Assembly (NCBI GenBank): GCA_048939995.1
Contig: JBHLOY010000007.1
Location: 114,566 to 178,565 of the forward strand
Length of the DNA stretch: 64,000 bases
Direction of reading: 5' to 3'
Source of the DNA: Promethearchaeota archaeon
GTDB taxonomy: Archaea; Asgardarchaeota; Lokiarchaeia; Sigyniarchaeales; SOKP01
Shown: one piece after another, positions 1 to 10,395 of the stretch
How the letters are laid out: every line of letters starts with the position of its first letter
Numbering within the stretch: position 1 is the first letter of the stretch
Position numbers and translations under genes: made by a program
Notes under the pieces: generated by a model
What the model saw: the letters and a program-made list of their open reading frames with translations, nothing else
The model's database searches: none
Told to the model about the DNA's origin: nothing

Positions 1-339
1 GCAGTTGTTAGTAAATCCGGAACTTTAATTACTCAGACAGAGAATTGGGATATATCTCAGGATCTTGCTAGAATAAATGAATTGCTTCAAACTAAGTTAG
101 AGTTGGGCCAAAAAGGAATGTCAAGTATTTCAATTCAAGGAATAAAGTATATGATTGTTGAAAATACAGAGGAACGTAAAATTGGAACTAATATAACAGG
201 AAAAGGGCATATAATTATAGCTCCTGTGCCAGTTGGGGGTACAGGTGCGTTAATCTGCTATATAAACCCGCAAGTAGGACCAAGAGATGCTTTATTTGTA
301 GTACAGTCTTATGCTTTAAAACTCCAAAATTTAGTTTAA
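1..339 (+). CDS. Asgard-type profilin (5' end cut by window edge)
   Basis: Frame is open from base 1: AVVSKSGTLITQTENWDISQDL...SIQGIKYMIVENTEERKIGTNITGKGH...GPRD, closely resembling Lokiarchaeal profilins. The TTG at 82 is internal. Confidence 0.9.
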   Translation, partial: AVVSKSGTLITQTENWDISQDLARINELLQTKLELGQKGMSSISIQGIKYMIVENTEERKIGTNITGKGHIIIAPVPVGGTGALICYINPQVGPRDALFVVQSYALKLQNLV

Positions 340-426
340 ATTCTTCTTAACTTTTTTATTATTGCATTTAATATTATTACCTAAAAAAATGTAAATGAAT
401 AAAATTGTTAAAAAGGCCATATAAAC

Positions 427-792
427 ATGTTTTTACAGATAGCTTTTATAAGTTTGCTTTCAGATTATGGACCAATACTAATTTATATGAGTTTCGATAT
501 CGTTATCCTCATTTTTGCAATCTTCATCTACAAGAAAAATTCATATAAATATGGATTATATTTAATGATTTCCTCTATAATTTCTCTAATATCAAATGTA
601 ATTTTAATTGCAATTAATTATCCTTATTTGGCATATAATCTATCAGTAGTTTATGGGTTTTCTTCCTATATGGTTGGTTTTGTGCTGTCTATTGTAGGAC
701 TTATATTTCTGGCTTTAGGGGTTTCTAGTAAGATTCTATTATTTTTAGGAATTTACCAGATATATAAAACTCATAAACCAAATAGAGAATAA
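427..792 (+). CDS. small membrane protein (about 3 TM)
   Basis: Hydrophobic helices, no recognisable motif. Confidence 0.7.
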   Translation: MFLQIAFISLLSDYGPILIYMSFDIVILIFAIFIYKKNSYKYGLYLMISSIISLISNVILIAINYPYLAYNLSVVYGFSSYMVGFVLSIVGLIFLALGVSSKILLFLGIYQIYKTHKPNRE

Positions 793-804
793 TAACGATA
801 CTTT

Positions 805-1911
805 TTATTCAGTACTGATACTCTCCCAATAATTACTCAACAAATCCTTCAAAGATTTTTTAATTTTGAAAATTTCCTCTCGTTTTGACGCTTTAAAAAG
901 ATAAATTCTCTCAAAATCAGCTGGCTCATATTTATCTTTTAAAAGGGCTTTTAATACAGCTTGAATGCAATAAGGCAGCCCGATTGGGCTATATCCCCCT
1001 TCTAAAACAAAAGCTATTCTACCTTCACAAATTCTTTCAGAAATCTGCAAAATTTTCTCAGTGAATTTGTAATAAGCCTTACTGGTCAAAAGGCAATTAC
1101 CAATAGGGTCAGCAAAATACATATCAAATCCTGCAGCAACGATTATAAGGTCTGGTTTGAAATCACTCAATAGTATATCAATTAAATCAAAAAATATGTA
1201 AAAATCTTCATCTATTATTCCTTCAGGAACAGGAAAGTTAATATTTTTTCCTATCCCCTTTCCATGGCCTAGCTCATCTATAAATCCTAAATCTGCTTGT
1301 GAAAAATCGTATTCATGAATTGAAAAGTAGAGTATTTTGGGATCTTCATAAAAATATTGCGCGAGACCATCTCCAAAATGATTATCAATATCAACTATCG
1401 CAATTTTCTTTCTATAATTTAATTTATTTCTTAGATATAGGATTGAGGTAGCAATATTATTAAAAATACATAATCCCGTGGCTTTTTCTCTAAACGCATG
1501 ATGTCCCGGGGGTCTTATTAGAGCAAATGTATGATTAACTTGCTTTTCAAGCACACTTTTAAGTGCTTGAATTGTCCCTCCAACTGCTTTCTTAGCTAAT
1601 TCGAAAGTATCTTGTGTAATAAACACTTCTTCGTCGAGCAAACCACCTCCCATTTTTGAGAGACGCTTAACTGCTTCAATATGATATGAGGAATGAGCTA
1701 ATGAGAGAACATGTTCATCAATAGATATTGGTTCTAGCTTACAGACACGGTCATCATGAAAAAATCCTTTTTTATTCAAAAATTCCATGACATACTTAAT
1801 TCTTAAGGGATTTTCAAAAGAAATAAAAATCGGTTTTGGATAAATTGGAATATGTTTTAATGTAAAATCATCATCAATTACTATCCCTAACTTTTTATTC
1901 ATATTCATCAT
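805..1911 (-). CDS. histone deacetylase family protein (class II/AcuC-like)
   Basis: RPPGHHA, GLCIFNN, DIDNHFGDG, AGFD and LEGGY motifs. Confidence 0.93.
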   Translation of the reverse strand: MMNMNKKLGIVIDDDFTLKHIPIYPKPIFISFENPLRIKYVMEFLNKKGFFHDDRVCKLEPISIDEHVLSLAHSSYHIEAVKRLSKMGGGLLDEEVFITQDTFELAKKAVGGTIQALKSVLEKQVNHTFALIRPPGHHAFREKATGLCIFNNIATSILYLRNKLNYRKKIAIVDIDNHFGDGLAQYFYEDPKILYFSIHEYDFSQADLGFIDELGHGKGIGKNINFPVPEGIIDEDFYIFFDLIDILLSDFKPDLIIVAAGFDMYFADPIGNCLLTSKAYYKFTEKILQISERICEGRIAFVLEGGYSPIGLPYCIQAVLKALLKDKYEPADFERIYLFKASKREEIFKIKKSLKDLLSNYWESISTE

Positions 1912-2013
1912 ATTAATTTTTTGATTTAAAAAATACCTAGAATAATATATTTGAAATTGCTTAAATTAATTTAAAAATAATTTAATTTTAATTAAAAAAC
2001 CTGAGTATCAAAG

Positions 2014-4257
2014 ATGACAGTCCTCGAAGTTGCTTTAACTATTTTATTAAACATTATTCCTATTATCGTTATAATTATCCCCTACTTCTTTATTAAAAAA
2101 AGAGTAATAGGAAAACTGTATGGACGAATCCTACTTGGAATTATTGTGTTTTATATAGTTTACTGGGTGTTACCTATAATATTTCAATTAGATAAAGCTC
2201 CAATAGAGCTTACACTTGAATCCGGAGAAGATGGAAACACGGCTTTAGGAGTTGGTTACATTATTAGTCACTTCCTCTCATTACTGTCCCTATTTGCTTC
2301 ATACCCTCTGGTAACCCTTCCTTTCATATTCATTGTGGCACCTTTTATCTCTATTATAATGGTGTGGAATAAATTAAGGAAAGAGAAGACGTCGATCAAA
2401 GAATCTCTTTCTGGATTGACGTATCATCTAACAGAAGGACCATATAAGCAGATAAAAAATGAATTAATTAAAGGTGATTGGAGTAGAGAGAAAGAAATAT
2501 TAAAACTACTCATTGTTTTGCTCCCAATTTCACTATTTCTCCTCCAACTAATTCTTCGGATAACCAATCTTGAAACAGTTTCTTTAACTGATGGAGAAAC
2601 GGCCCTTGGATGGTTCTTGGAAATTTTATTTGTATATCTTGCTACTTTTATATTTAGTATTGAACTACTGCTTAGCTCTCAAATTGCCTTAAAGGGGAGA
2701 TACTTTGGAGAATCTATACGCACTCAAACCTACAAAAGCCTCTATACTGTCGGTGCTCCTATTTCTGTATTGGCAATTCTATTATTTGTAGTTGAAGGCA
2801 TTCAAGCGGGGGATATAACATTTATCTTCATTACTATTTACTTCTTCGCTTATTTTATTATGGCTTCCGTTATATTCGTTTTATTTCTAAAAATCTTTGA
2901 ACCTATCTCCATCCTAGTCTTTATCAAAATAATTGACTGGTGGAAAAAAAGGAAACAACAAAAGAGAGTGGCTGATACTAAAAATTGGTACTACGGAATT
3001 GTTTTCGCGTGTTTAGCTTTTTTCATATACTTTTTCATTAATTATCTACTGTTTCGTACCCTCTATACTTTTATCTTTCCTAATGGTGAAGATATATGGA
3101 ACTCTGCTAATTTTAATTCACCAACTCACTCTTTAGGTTATTCTCTTGGATTTGATCTCATGAATGTATTTTCCTTTATCACATTGATAATAGCTTCTCT
3201 TCTCATAGCCGTGTTCTTTATGGTTTATAGTTTGAAATATATACGAAGTATCTCTACAGCAGTGTTAACTTATATGCCAATTATTATAGGCCTCTCAATA
3301 TTATTTTTTGTTCTCCCTGGAAGTCCAAATGCATTAATTAATTTTGGACCAGATACATACTGGATCACAGGACAGAGTAGCTATACTAACATTTTTGGGT
3401 TTATCTTCTTTACTCTAAGAACAGCTGGTTTAGAGGCAAATCTAGGTCCTGTTTTGGGAATTTTAGCAGTCCCATACATATTTACTCGTTACATTTTTAA
3501 TATAATTGTCTGGGGTTTGATCATATATTATCTACGAAAAGAATTTAAAGCTAAGAACGTAAAACTCGATGAAAAACATTTGGAGAAACTTGTATTCTCT
3601 TCCATTTCTGATTATATCACTATTGATGATTATAAAAGAGGAGAAATTCAATATTTAATAACTAAGAATGAAGATATCAGCCAAGAAACCATAAATTCAG
3701 AGCGAGAGGAAGTTCAAAATTTAGTTAATTCTCTCGCTGAAGATAAACTTCTGAAAGAAATTATTCCGTTTGAAGAACAAGAGAAACAGAGGTTTTATTT
3801 TACTCTAAAGTATCTTTTTAATAATAATTACGTGGATATTTTAAGACCTGAGTTTAGTTATGTCTTTGAGAGAGTTGAGAAACAAGGATTATACATAATT
3901 TATGATGATGGGAGAGGTATCTTTGACTATAGCTTCGTAAGGGAAGTTTTTCACGATCCTGGATTGATTTCTGGGATGATTTCAGCTATTACATCATTTA
4001 TTAAGGAGACAACTAAATCACAAGACTTATTAAAAACAATTGATCACGGAGATATTACGATATTAATTGAATATGGAAAACGCATATTTGGAGTGTTATT
4101 CATTAAAGGAAAACAGACAGCAGAAGTTCGCACCAAATTAAAAGCATTTGTTGAAAAATTTGAGTCAAAATATCAAACTATTTTAGAAGACTGGAGCGGT
4201 GCATTGGTACATTTTAAAGAAGATCATTCCATGGTAGAAGAAATCTTTCAAGAATAA
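2014..4257 (+). CDS. multi-pass membrane protein with C-terminal longin/roadblock-like domain
   Basis: About 11-12 TM helices in the first ~510 aa. The C-terminal LISGMISAITSFIKE...IDHGDITILIE...FVEKFESKY...WSG is typical of Asgard longin-like domains. Confidence 0.75.
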   Translation: MTVLEVALTILLNIIPIIVIIIPYFFIKKRVIGKLYGRILLGIIVFYIVYWVLPIIFQLDKAPIELTLESGEDGNTALGVGYIISHFLSLLSLFASYPLVTLPFIFIVAPFISIIMVWNKLRKEKTSIKESLSGLTYHLTEGPYKQIKNELIKGDWSREKEILKLLIVLLPISLFLLQLILRITNLETVSLTDGETALGWFLEILFVYLATFIFSIELLLSSQIALKGRYFGESIRTQTYKSLYTVGAPISVLAILLFVVEGIQAGDITFIFITIYFFAYFIMASVIFVLFLKIFEPISILVFIKIIDWWKKRKQQKRVADTKNWYYGIVFACLAFFIYFFINYLLFRTLYTFIFPNGEDIWNSANFNSPTHSLGYSLGFDLMNVFSFITLIIASLLIAVFFMVYSLKYIRSISTAVLTYMPIIIGLSILFFVLPGSPNALINFGPDTYWITGQSSYTNIFGFIFFTLRTAGLEANLGPVLGILAVPYIFTRYIFNIIVWGLIIYYLRKEFKAKNVKLDEKHLEKLVFSSISDYITIDDYKRGEIQYLITKNEDISQETINSEREEVQNLVNSLAEDKLLKEIIPFEEQEKQRFYFTLKYLFNNNYVDILRPEFSYVFERVEKQGLYIIYDDGRGIFDYSFVREVFHDPGLISGMISAITSFIKETTKSQDLLKTIDHGDITILIEYGKRIFGVLFIKGKQTAEVRTKLKAFVEKFESKYQTILEDWSGALVHFKEDHSMVEEIFQE

Positions 4258-4284
4258 TCTAATATTTTTTATTCTTTTTTATAG

Positions 4285-5082
4285 TTATTCTGGTATAGTA
4301 GCTACAGCGCGTACCCAACCAGCACTAGCTCTAGCAATTTTAATAGGAAAACAATAGATCGTCGCACCCACTGGCGGAACTTTATCTAAATTTATCATCT
4401 TTTCCATTTGAAAATATCCTCTTTCAATACCCGCATAATGACCCTCCCAAATCAATGATTTGTTAGGAGATTTTTCCTTAATCGATTTTTTCCATTTAGT
4501 GGCAGTAATTGTAAATGGAGCATCCCATGACCATGCATCAATGCCAACCACATGAACCCCCTGCCTAATAATATGTAATGTTGCCTCTTTTCCAATCCCA
4601 TGACTAATATACTCCTTTGTTCCATAATAATTTGGAGCATTCGTATGCACACATACAATATCTCCCTCTTTTAATTTATGTCCAATTAAATCTAACTTCT
4701 GATCAATATCTCCTGGATTCAACACATAACCTTCTTCATAATTGGTGCAATTCAGCACTATGAGGGGACCAATACCCCATTCTAATGGAAATTCATCAAT
4801 TGTATGTGCTTTTTTCTCTATATCTTCTTTATCTTGAATAGGAGCATAATGCCAAGGCGCATCCATATGTGTTCCAGAATGAGTCCCTAAAGTAATGGTT
4901 TCTGTAGCCCAACCTTTTCCATCTGGTAAATGATCTTCTGGTTTTAATTTTGGGAATATAAATCCCATTTCTTCTGCACCTCTCTCATGATTCCTATATT
5001 CGATGTGAGGTTGAGTCAAGGGAGGATCAAATATCAATTCGTCGGGATTAATTATGGGAATGCTTAGATCAATAAATTTCAT
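4285..5082 (-). CDS. cyclase / kynurenine formamidase family metal hydrolase
   Basis: THSGTHMDAPWH, GIDAWSWD. Confidence 0.9.
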   Translation of the reverse strand: MKFIDLSIPIINPDELIFDPPLTQPHIEYRNHERGAEEMGFIFPKLKPEDHLPDGKGWATETITLGTHSGTHMDAPWHYAPIQDKEDIEKKAHTIDEFPLEWGIGPLIVLNCTNYEEGYVLNPGDIDQKLDLIGHKLKEGDIVCVHTNAPNYYGTKEYISHGIGKEATLHIIRQGVHVVGIDAWSWDAPFTITATKWKKSIKEKSPNKSLIWEGHYAGIERGYFQMEKMINLDKVPPVGATIYCFPIKIARASAGWVRAVATIPE

Positions 5083-5170
5083 AATAAACCCTTATTTCGA
5101 ATCTATTTTAATATTTGGGTTAATAAAAATTAAGCTTGAAAATCCTTTTGAAATAAAGAAATAAAAGTAG

Positions 5171-5794
5171 CTACAATAAAAGAGGAAGGCAAGTCGTAAA
5201 ACCGGTTAAAATACCAAGAAAAAAGCCAACTATTAAATTTATGATTGCGGCTTTAATATAGAACTTATTATAACTTACAATTAACCATATGCTTACTAAT
5301 ATCTCTAATAATGAAAGAAATGACCCCAAAGCTATAGCATAAAAAATTAAATGCTCAACAGATGTTAGACTGCTGATCTCGACAACACTGTTTGTGCTCC
5401 ATGGATTAAATAACCCGAGTGAATTGATATAAATAAAAATATATCTATCGGGTATTGGATCAAGCACCCAAATTAAAAAATAGGTGAGTAGAGTTGACAA
5501 AATTCCTATCCCAAAGATGATATAAAAAGTGCCCAAAATTACATGGGAAAATCTCACTACTACTTTCTCATCCATACTGTTCTGATATGTATTTAATCCA
5601 TATTTAGCGTAGTTTTTCTTAAACCTGAACAGAACTAAAACACCTAGGATTATCAAGATAAAGGATAATATATACTTAAAAAAGACAAACATAATAGAAA
5701 GGATATTAGTAATCCAATCGAAGCCCCAATCGAGATCTTGAGAAATTTGAATAGAATCTAAGGCAAAGCAAATTGTTTTTAATAACAAGCTCAT
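5171..5794 (-). CDS. membrane protein
   Basis: About 4 TM helices. Confidence 0.7.
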   Translation of the reverse strand: MSLLLKTICFALDSIQISQDLDWGFDWITNILSIMFVFFKYILSFILIILGVLVLFRFKKNYAKYGLNTYQNSMDEKVVVRFSHVILGTFYIIFGIGILSTLLTYFLIWVLDPIPDRYIFIYINSLGLFNPWSTNSVVEISSLTSVEHLIFYAIALGSFLSLLEILVSIWLIVSYNKFYIKAAIINLIVGFFLGILTGFTTCLPLLL

Positions 5795-5942
5795 CCATCA
5801 TTAATTAAAAAGAATCTATTTAAAGTCAAATATTGATAACATATCAAACTGAAGCAAATGTTTAAATAAGAATCTAAATCAAACATAGATTAAAGACAAT
5901 CGCATGGTTTAATTATTAAAAAAACTAAATTATAGTAAAAAA

Positions 5943-6206
5943 TTGAGATTAAATAAAAAGATATTATACAGGCCTAGATGTGAGAGCTGTGGAAATCGAC
6001 TCTATCGAAGTTTTCGTTCTTTTAGGCATCCTTTTTGTGGGTCTTTTTGGGGGACAGTTCCCTCACATTGTCCAAAATGTGGAAAAGAAGTAAATCTAGA
6101 TCAAAAAAGTCAGTTGATAGAACACGAAGGACTAGTATGTTTGTTAATATGTAGTGTATTTGTCATATTTGTAGTAGTTTTGTTGCTAATTGTTCTCTCT
6201 TTATAA
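5943..6206 (+). CDS. zinc-ribbon protein with C-terminal TM anchor
   Basis: CESC...CPKC and a C-terminal hydrophobic helix. Confidence 0.7.
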   Translation: MRLNKKILYRPRCESCGNRLYRSFRSFRHPFCGSFWGTVPSHCPKCGKEVNLDQKSQLIEHEGLVCLLICSVFVIFVVVLLLIVLSL

Positions 6207-6249
6207 ATTTCTAGTTATCATTTAATTTTTCCATCAATAGCAAATTACT

Positions 6250-6840
6250 TCAAATTTTCCTGCATACTAACTCTCCTTTTCCAATGGGTACAATTATGGC
6301 ATCTACTCGGTTATCAGCCAGAGCTTGATCTAGCATGGGCTTTAGGCTTTCATAATGGTTGATTGCATTATCTGCAACTAAGATGCCACCTTTGACTAGA
6401 TTAGGAATTATAAGATCATAACACTCTCCGTAGATTTCTTTCTCGGCATCTAAAAAACAAAATGATATATTTTTATAATTAGGGATATTTTCAAGTGCAT
6501 CACCTTCGATTAATTCGATTGTATCAACTAAATTGGTTAATTCAAAGGTTTCCCGAGCTAATTTTGCTTTTTCTTCCAGAATCTCAAACGTTACTAACTT
6601 CCTTCCAAGAATTCGACATGCTAATGATATCCATAATGCGGAATATCCTCCACTGGTACCAATTTCTAAAAATACACCCTCAGGAGCACTGGCTGCTAAA
6701 ATAGAAATAAACTTACCGGTTTCAGGAGGGATTTGCCGAAGTCTTTCCATTCTTGGCGTTCCATCTAGGCGATCTTGAGTATCTATATCTTCTAAATACT
6801 TCATTCTCTCTTTTATTACTGTAGGGATATTATAAAACAT
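6250..6840 (-). CDS. class I SAM-dependent O-methyltransferase
   Basis: [20 protein letters not shown]. Confidence 0.9.
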   Translation of the reverse strand: MFYNIPTVIKERMKYLEDIDTQDRLDGTPRMERLRQIPPETGKFISILAASAPEGVFLEIGTSGGYSALWISLACRILGRKLVTFEILEEKAKLARETFELTNLVDTIELIEGDALENIPNYKNISFCFLDAEKEIYGECYDLIIPNLVKGGILVADNAINHYESLKPMLDQALADNRVDAIIVPIGKGELVCRKI

Positions 6841-7013
6841 CGCTATTTCATATGTACCATCTAATAAAGATTTTCCGACCCTATTTTCCTTTGCTCATAA
6901 AACGAAATGAAGTTAAATCTTAATCGTTACATGTGATTTAAACTAAAATGTTTGCTTAAACTTAATATACAATAATCTAGAAAAAATAAAGTTAAAAAAA
7001 TAAAATTAATTGC

Positions 7014-8705
7014 TTAGTAATCCATATCTGGCATACCGCCCATGCCACCCATACCTGGATAGCCTCCACCCATACCAGGCGGCATCCCTCCTGGCGGCAT
7101 TCCACCAGGCGGACCAGCAGTTTTAGCCGAGGCTATCACATCATCGATGCGCAAGATCATGGAAGCAGCTTCGGTTGAGCTTTTAATAGCTTGAATTTTT
7201 ACAACGGTAGGTTCAACGACGCCTACCTTCATCATGTCATCGATAACTTCTCCGGAGTCAAGATCATGTCCGGCGAAATTATGTCCTGCTTGATGAGCGG
7301 CTCGTAGTTTCATGAGAACTTCGATTTGGTCTAATCCTGCGTTTTCAGCGAGGGTTTTTGGTACGATGTCTAAACAATCAGCAAACACTTCTACTGCTAG
7401 TTGCTCTCGGCCTCCTAAAGTTTGAGCATATTTGCGTAATTGGATTGAGGTTTCTATTTCTGGAGCTCCACCGCCTCCAACGATTTTTTGATCTTCAACG
7501 ATATCTCTAGTCACACATAAAGCATCATGAATAGCTCTTTCTCCTTCATCGACGACTAGTTCAGTTCCTCCTCTAATTAATATTACGACTGATTTTGGAT
7601 CTTTACAATCTTCGATAAAAATCCAGCTGTCATTCATAACTTTGCGTTCTTCGACTAGGCCAGCATAACCTAATTTCTGTGGTGTGATATCATCTAGATT
7701 AGTAAAAATCATGCCCCCAGTTGCCTTTGAGAGTTTTTCAATATCTGATTTCTTAACTCTTCTTACCGATAAGATACCTGCCTTAGTTAAAAAGTGTTGG
7801 GCCATATCATCGATTCCTTTTTGACAAATTAGAACATTTGCGCCTGAGTTTTTAATCTTCTCAGCCATCTTTCTTAACATATGTTCTTCTTCATCTAAGA
7901 ATTGTTGGATTTGCTCTGGACTCGTAATTTGGAGTTTAGTATCGAATTCAGTTTTTTCAATTTCCACTGCACTTTGTAATAAAAGAATTTTGGCATCTTT
8001 AACGCTCTTTGGCATTCCTGGACTTACAACTTCCTTATCCAATATGATTCCTTTAATTAATATCGTTTCATCAATGCTCTCTCCTTCTTTCTTTTGAATC
8101 TGAACTTTCTCAATGTCGGCTTTCCATTTTCCATTTTGGTCTCTTTCAGCAACAGATTTGATTGCTTCAATACATAATTCAGCAAGCATTTCCTTCGATT
8201 CAGATACAATTTTACTCGACATACAAGTCATGGCAGCATTCTTTAGACCCTCATAATCATCAATTCCACTTTTAATGGACATCTTTTCTAAAATTTCAAT
8301 TGCCTTGTCAGCTGCTTTTCGAAAACCTTCGGTTATTACTGTAGGATGAATTTTCTGTTGCAGAAGCTTCTCAGCACGCTTTAATAATTCTCCAGCAAGG
8401 ATTACGCTGGTAGTTGTACCATCACCTACTTCAGAATCTTGAGTTTTGGCAACTTCTACCATCATTTTCGCTGCAGGGTGCTGTACATCGATCTCTTTCA
8501 AAATTGTAGCTCCGTCATTTGTAATTACTACGTCACCAAATTGATCTACTAGCATCTTATCCATGCCCATCGGGCCTAATGAGGTTCTTACAGCTTCAGC
8601 AATTACTTTCGCTGCTGCGATGTTATTTTCCATTGCATCCTTTCCGCGCTGGCGTTCAGTTCCCTCTTTTAAAATAATTACAGGTTGACCTCCTAATTGT
8701 GCCAT
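7014..8705 (-). CDS. ths: thermosome (group II chaperonin) subunit
   Basis: [23 protein letters not shown] and a GGM-rich C-terminal tail. Confidence 0.97.
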   Translation of the reverse strand: MAQLGGQPVIILKEGTERQRGKDAMENNIAAAKVIAEAVRTSLGPMGMDKMLVDQFGDVVITNDGATILKEIDVQHPAAKMMVEVAKTQDSEVGDGTTTSVILAGELLKRAEKLLQQKIHPTVITEGFRKAADKAIEILEKMSIKSGIDDYEGLKNAAMTCMSSKIVSESKEMLAELCIEAIKSVAERDQNGKWKADIEKVQIQKKEGESIDETILIKGIILDKEVVSPGMPKSVKDAKILLLQSAVEIEKTEFDTKLQITSPEQIQQFLDEEEHMLRKMAEKIKNSGANVLICQKGIDDMAQHFLTKAGILSVRRVKKSDIEKLSKATGGMIFTNLDDITPQKLGYAGLVEERKVMNDSWIFIEDCKDPKSVVILIRGGTELVVDEGERAIHDALCVTRDIVEDQKIVGGGGAPEIETSIQLRKYAQTLGGREQLAVEVFADCLDIVPKTLAENAGLDQIEVLMKLRAAHQAGHNFAGHDLDSGEVIDDMMKVGVVEPTVVKIQAIKSSTEAASMILRIDDVIASAKTAGPPGGMPPGGMPPGMGGGYPGMGGMGGMPDMDY

Positions 8706-8852
8706 ATTAAATTTTCACCATATTTCTTTTTTATAAATTTGTTATCTATATAATGATCTCTAAGTCATAAAATTAAAAAAGTTTACGAAAATAAATAATA
8801 GGCAAAATGAAGCTTAATAAAGTAGATTTTAAGATTTAGTAAATTAATATTC

Positions 8853-9017
8853 TTATTTTACTAAATCTCTCTTTTTCAATCGGAGGTCTTTTGCTCTGCA
8901 TCTTCGGCACTTTTTTGCCCTGATTGGGTTGAGAGCTCCACAATGTCTGCATACGGATTTTTCAAGCAGATGGAATCGGGCGATTTTTCTTTTGTAAGGG
9001 TCGTCGATGGGCGCCAT
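8853..9017 (-). CDS. rpl40e: 50S ribosomal protein L40e (not in ORF track)
   Basis: Manual translation MAPIDDPYKRKIARFHLLEKSVCRHCGALNPIRAKKCRRCRAKDLRLKKRDLVK*, with the CxxC...NP...CRRC...LR signature. Confidence 0.95.
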   Translation of the reverse strand: MAPIDDPYKRKIARFHLLEKSVCRHCGALNPIRAKKCRRCRAKDLRLKKRDLVK

Positions 9018-9219
9018 AATAATCTCTGCGAGTTACTTTTATTTATTTTTATTATAGATTTTATAAACTAATTTGTTGTATTGTAAATAACTTAAAAGAT
9101 AAATGGAAAAATAGTTTTAAGAATTAAAATTTTTGTATCTTAATGAAAAAATTAAAATTTCATAATTAATAGTATAGATTAATTGAATTCTAAGTGTTTT
9201 AATTATTGGATGGGATAGT

Positions 9220-9414
9220 ATGCCAAAGGAAATAAATTCCAGTGATCAATTTATAGAATTAGCTGAGTTTGCAATTCATTGTAGAGTGAAGAGAATTAAG
9301 GATGTTGTGAAATTAAAGCTTAGGACTAAGAAATATCTTTATACTTATAAAACAGATCCTAATACAGCAGATAGACTTTTGGCCAACCTAAAGTGCGACA
9401 TTATCGAACTTTAA
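9220..9414 (+). CDS. rpl38e: ribosomal protein L38e
   Basis: MPKEI...VKLKLRTKKYLYT signature. Confidence 0.92.
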   Translation: MPKEINSSDQFIELAEFAIHCRVKRIKDVVKLKLRTKKYLYTYKTDPNTADRLLANLKCDIIEL

Positions 9415-9426
9415 AATAATAAATTA

Positions 9427-9966
9427 TTGAATCAAATAAAAATTAGTAATAACATAATGAAAAATCTTCCAGCGTGCCAAACATGTGTAATTTCAGGCTT
9501 TTTATGTAATAGTTGCGAACAAAAGCTCGATGCTGGTGAGCTAACTGAGTTTGAATTAGATTTAGCAAAAAATCTCTTAGAGTTGGAAGAAAAGGAAAAC
9601 TTTAGCTTTTTAAAAGATATTTCGTTCTATAAAGCAATAGATTTTGAAGATGTAGTTATAATTGTTATAGACAAGAAAGATAAGGTTAAAATTTCAGAAG
9701 ATATAATTACTTGGATCAAGGAAACTTATGAAATTGACGAGCTAATCTTTATAGAAAAGACTCGAAACCCTCGGCCTGTTATTGAAGCACTTACCGCTCC
9801 AAGTAAATTAATATCCTTAAATGAAATTTTTTTAGCAACAGGTGATATTGAATTTAAAGCAGTATTTAACCTAAGAGACCAAGAAAGAATCTTATTTACC
9901 AAAGATGAATTAGAAGAGTTAGTTTTAGAGTTAACGGGGCAAACTATTCGAATAGAATTTGAATAA
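9427..9966 (+). CDS. archaeal NusA-like Zn-binding protein (likely start ATG 9457)
   Basis: N-terminal CxxC-x5-CxxC...G followed by a KH-like region, in the usual position upstream of pth2-truD. Confidence 0.6.
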   Translation: MNQIKISNNIMKNLPACQTCVISGFLCNSCEQKLDAGELTEFELDLAKNLLELEEKENFSFLKDISFYKAIDFEDVVIIVIDKKDKVKISEDIITWIKETYEIDELIFIEKTRNPRPVIEALTAPSKLISLNEIFLATGDIEFKAVFNLRDQERILFTKDELEELVLELTGQTIRIEFE

Positions 9967-10000
9967 GTAGTATATTTTTAAGGATATTATAACCTATAGG

Positions 10001-10363
10001 GTGAATTTTGTGGAAAAATACAAACAGGTTATTTTAATAAGAACAGATTTAAAAATGGGAACTGGTAAAAAATGTGTTCAATCATGCCATGCTTCTGTTT
10101 CAGCTGCAGATTTAGTTCGAACAACTAATAAACCTTTATGGAAAATGTGGATTAACTCGGGTCAGAAAAAAGTAGTATTAAAAGTTAACTTGGAAACACT
10201 AGATGAGATAGTTAAAGGACTAAGAAAGACCAAAATTCCTTACTTTCTCGTTAAAGATGCAGGTTTAACACAATTACCACCAGGAACAACTACAGCATTA
10301 GGAATTGGACCCGTTATATCAAAGGATATTGATGCTATAACTAAAGATTTAAAGTTACTCTAA
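10001..10363 (+). CDS. pth2: peptidyl-tRNA hydrolase Pth2
   Basis: [31 protein letters not shown]. Confidence 0.95.
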   Translation: MNFVEKYKQVILIRTDLKMGTGKKCVQSCHASVSAADLVRTTNKPLWKMWINSGQKKVVLKVNLETLDEIVKGLRKTKIPYFLVKDAGLTQLPPGTTTALGIGPVISKDIDAITKDLKLL

Positions 10364-10395
10364 CTTAATACAATTAAGAAAGTAGATGTGATTAA

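Noticed and set aside
7014-7115. GC-rich repeats at the thermosome 3' end
   Set aside because: They encode the ordinary GGM/PPG chaperonin tail.
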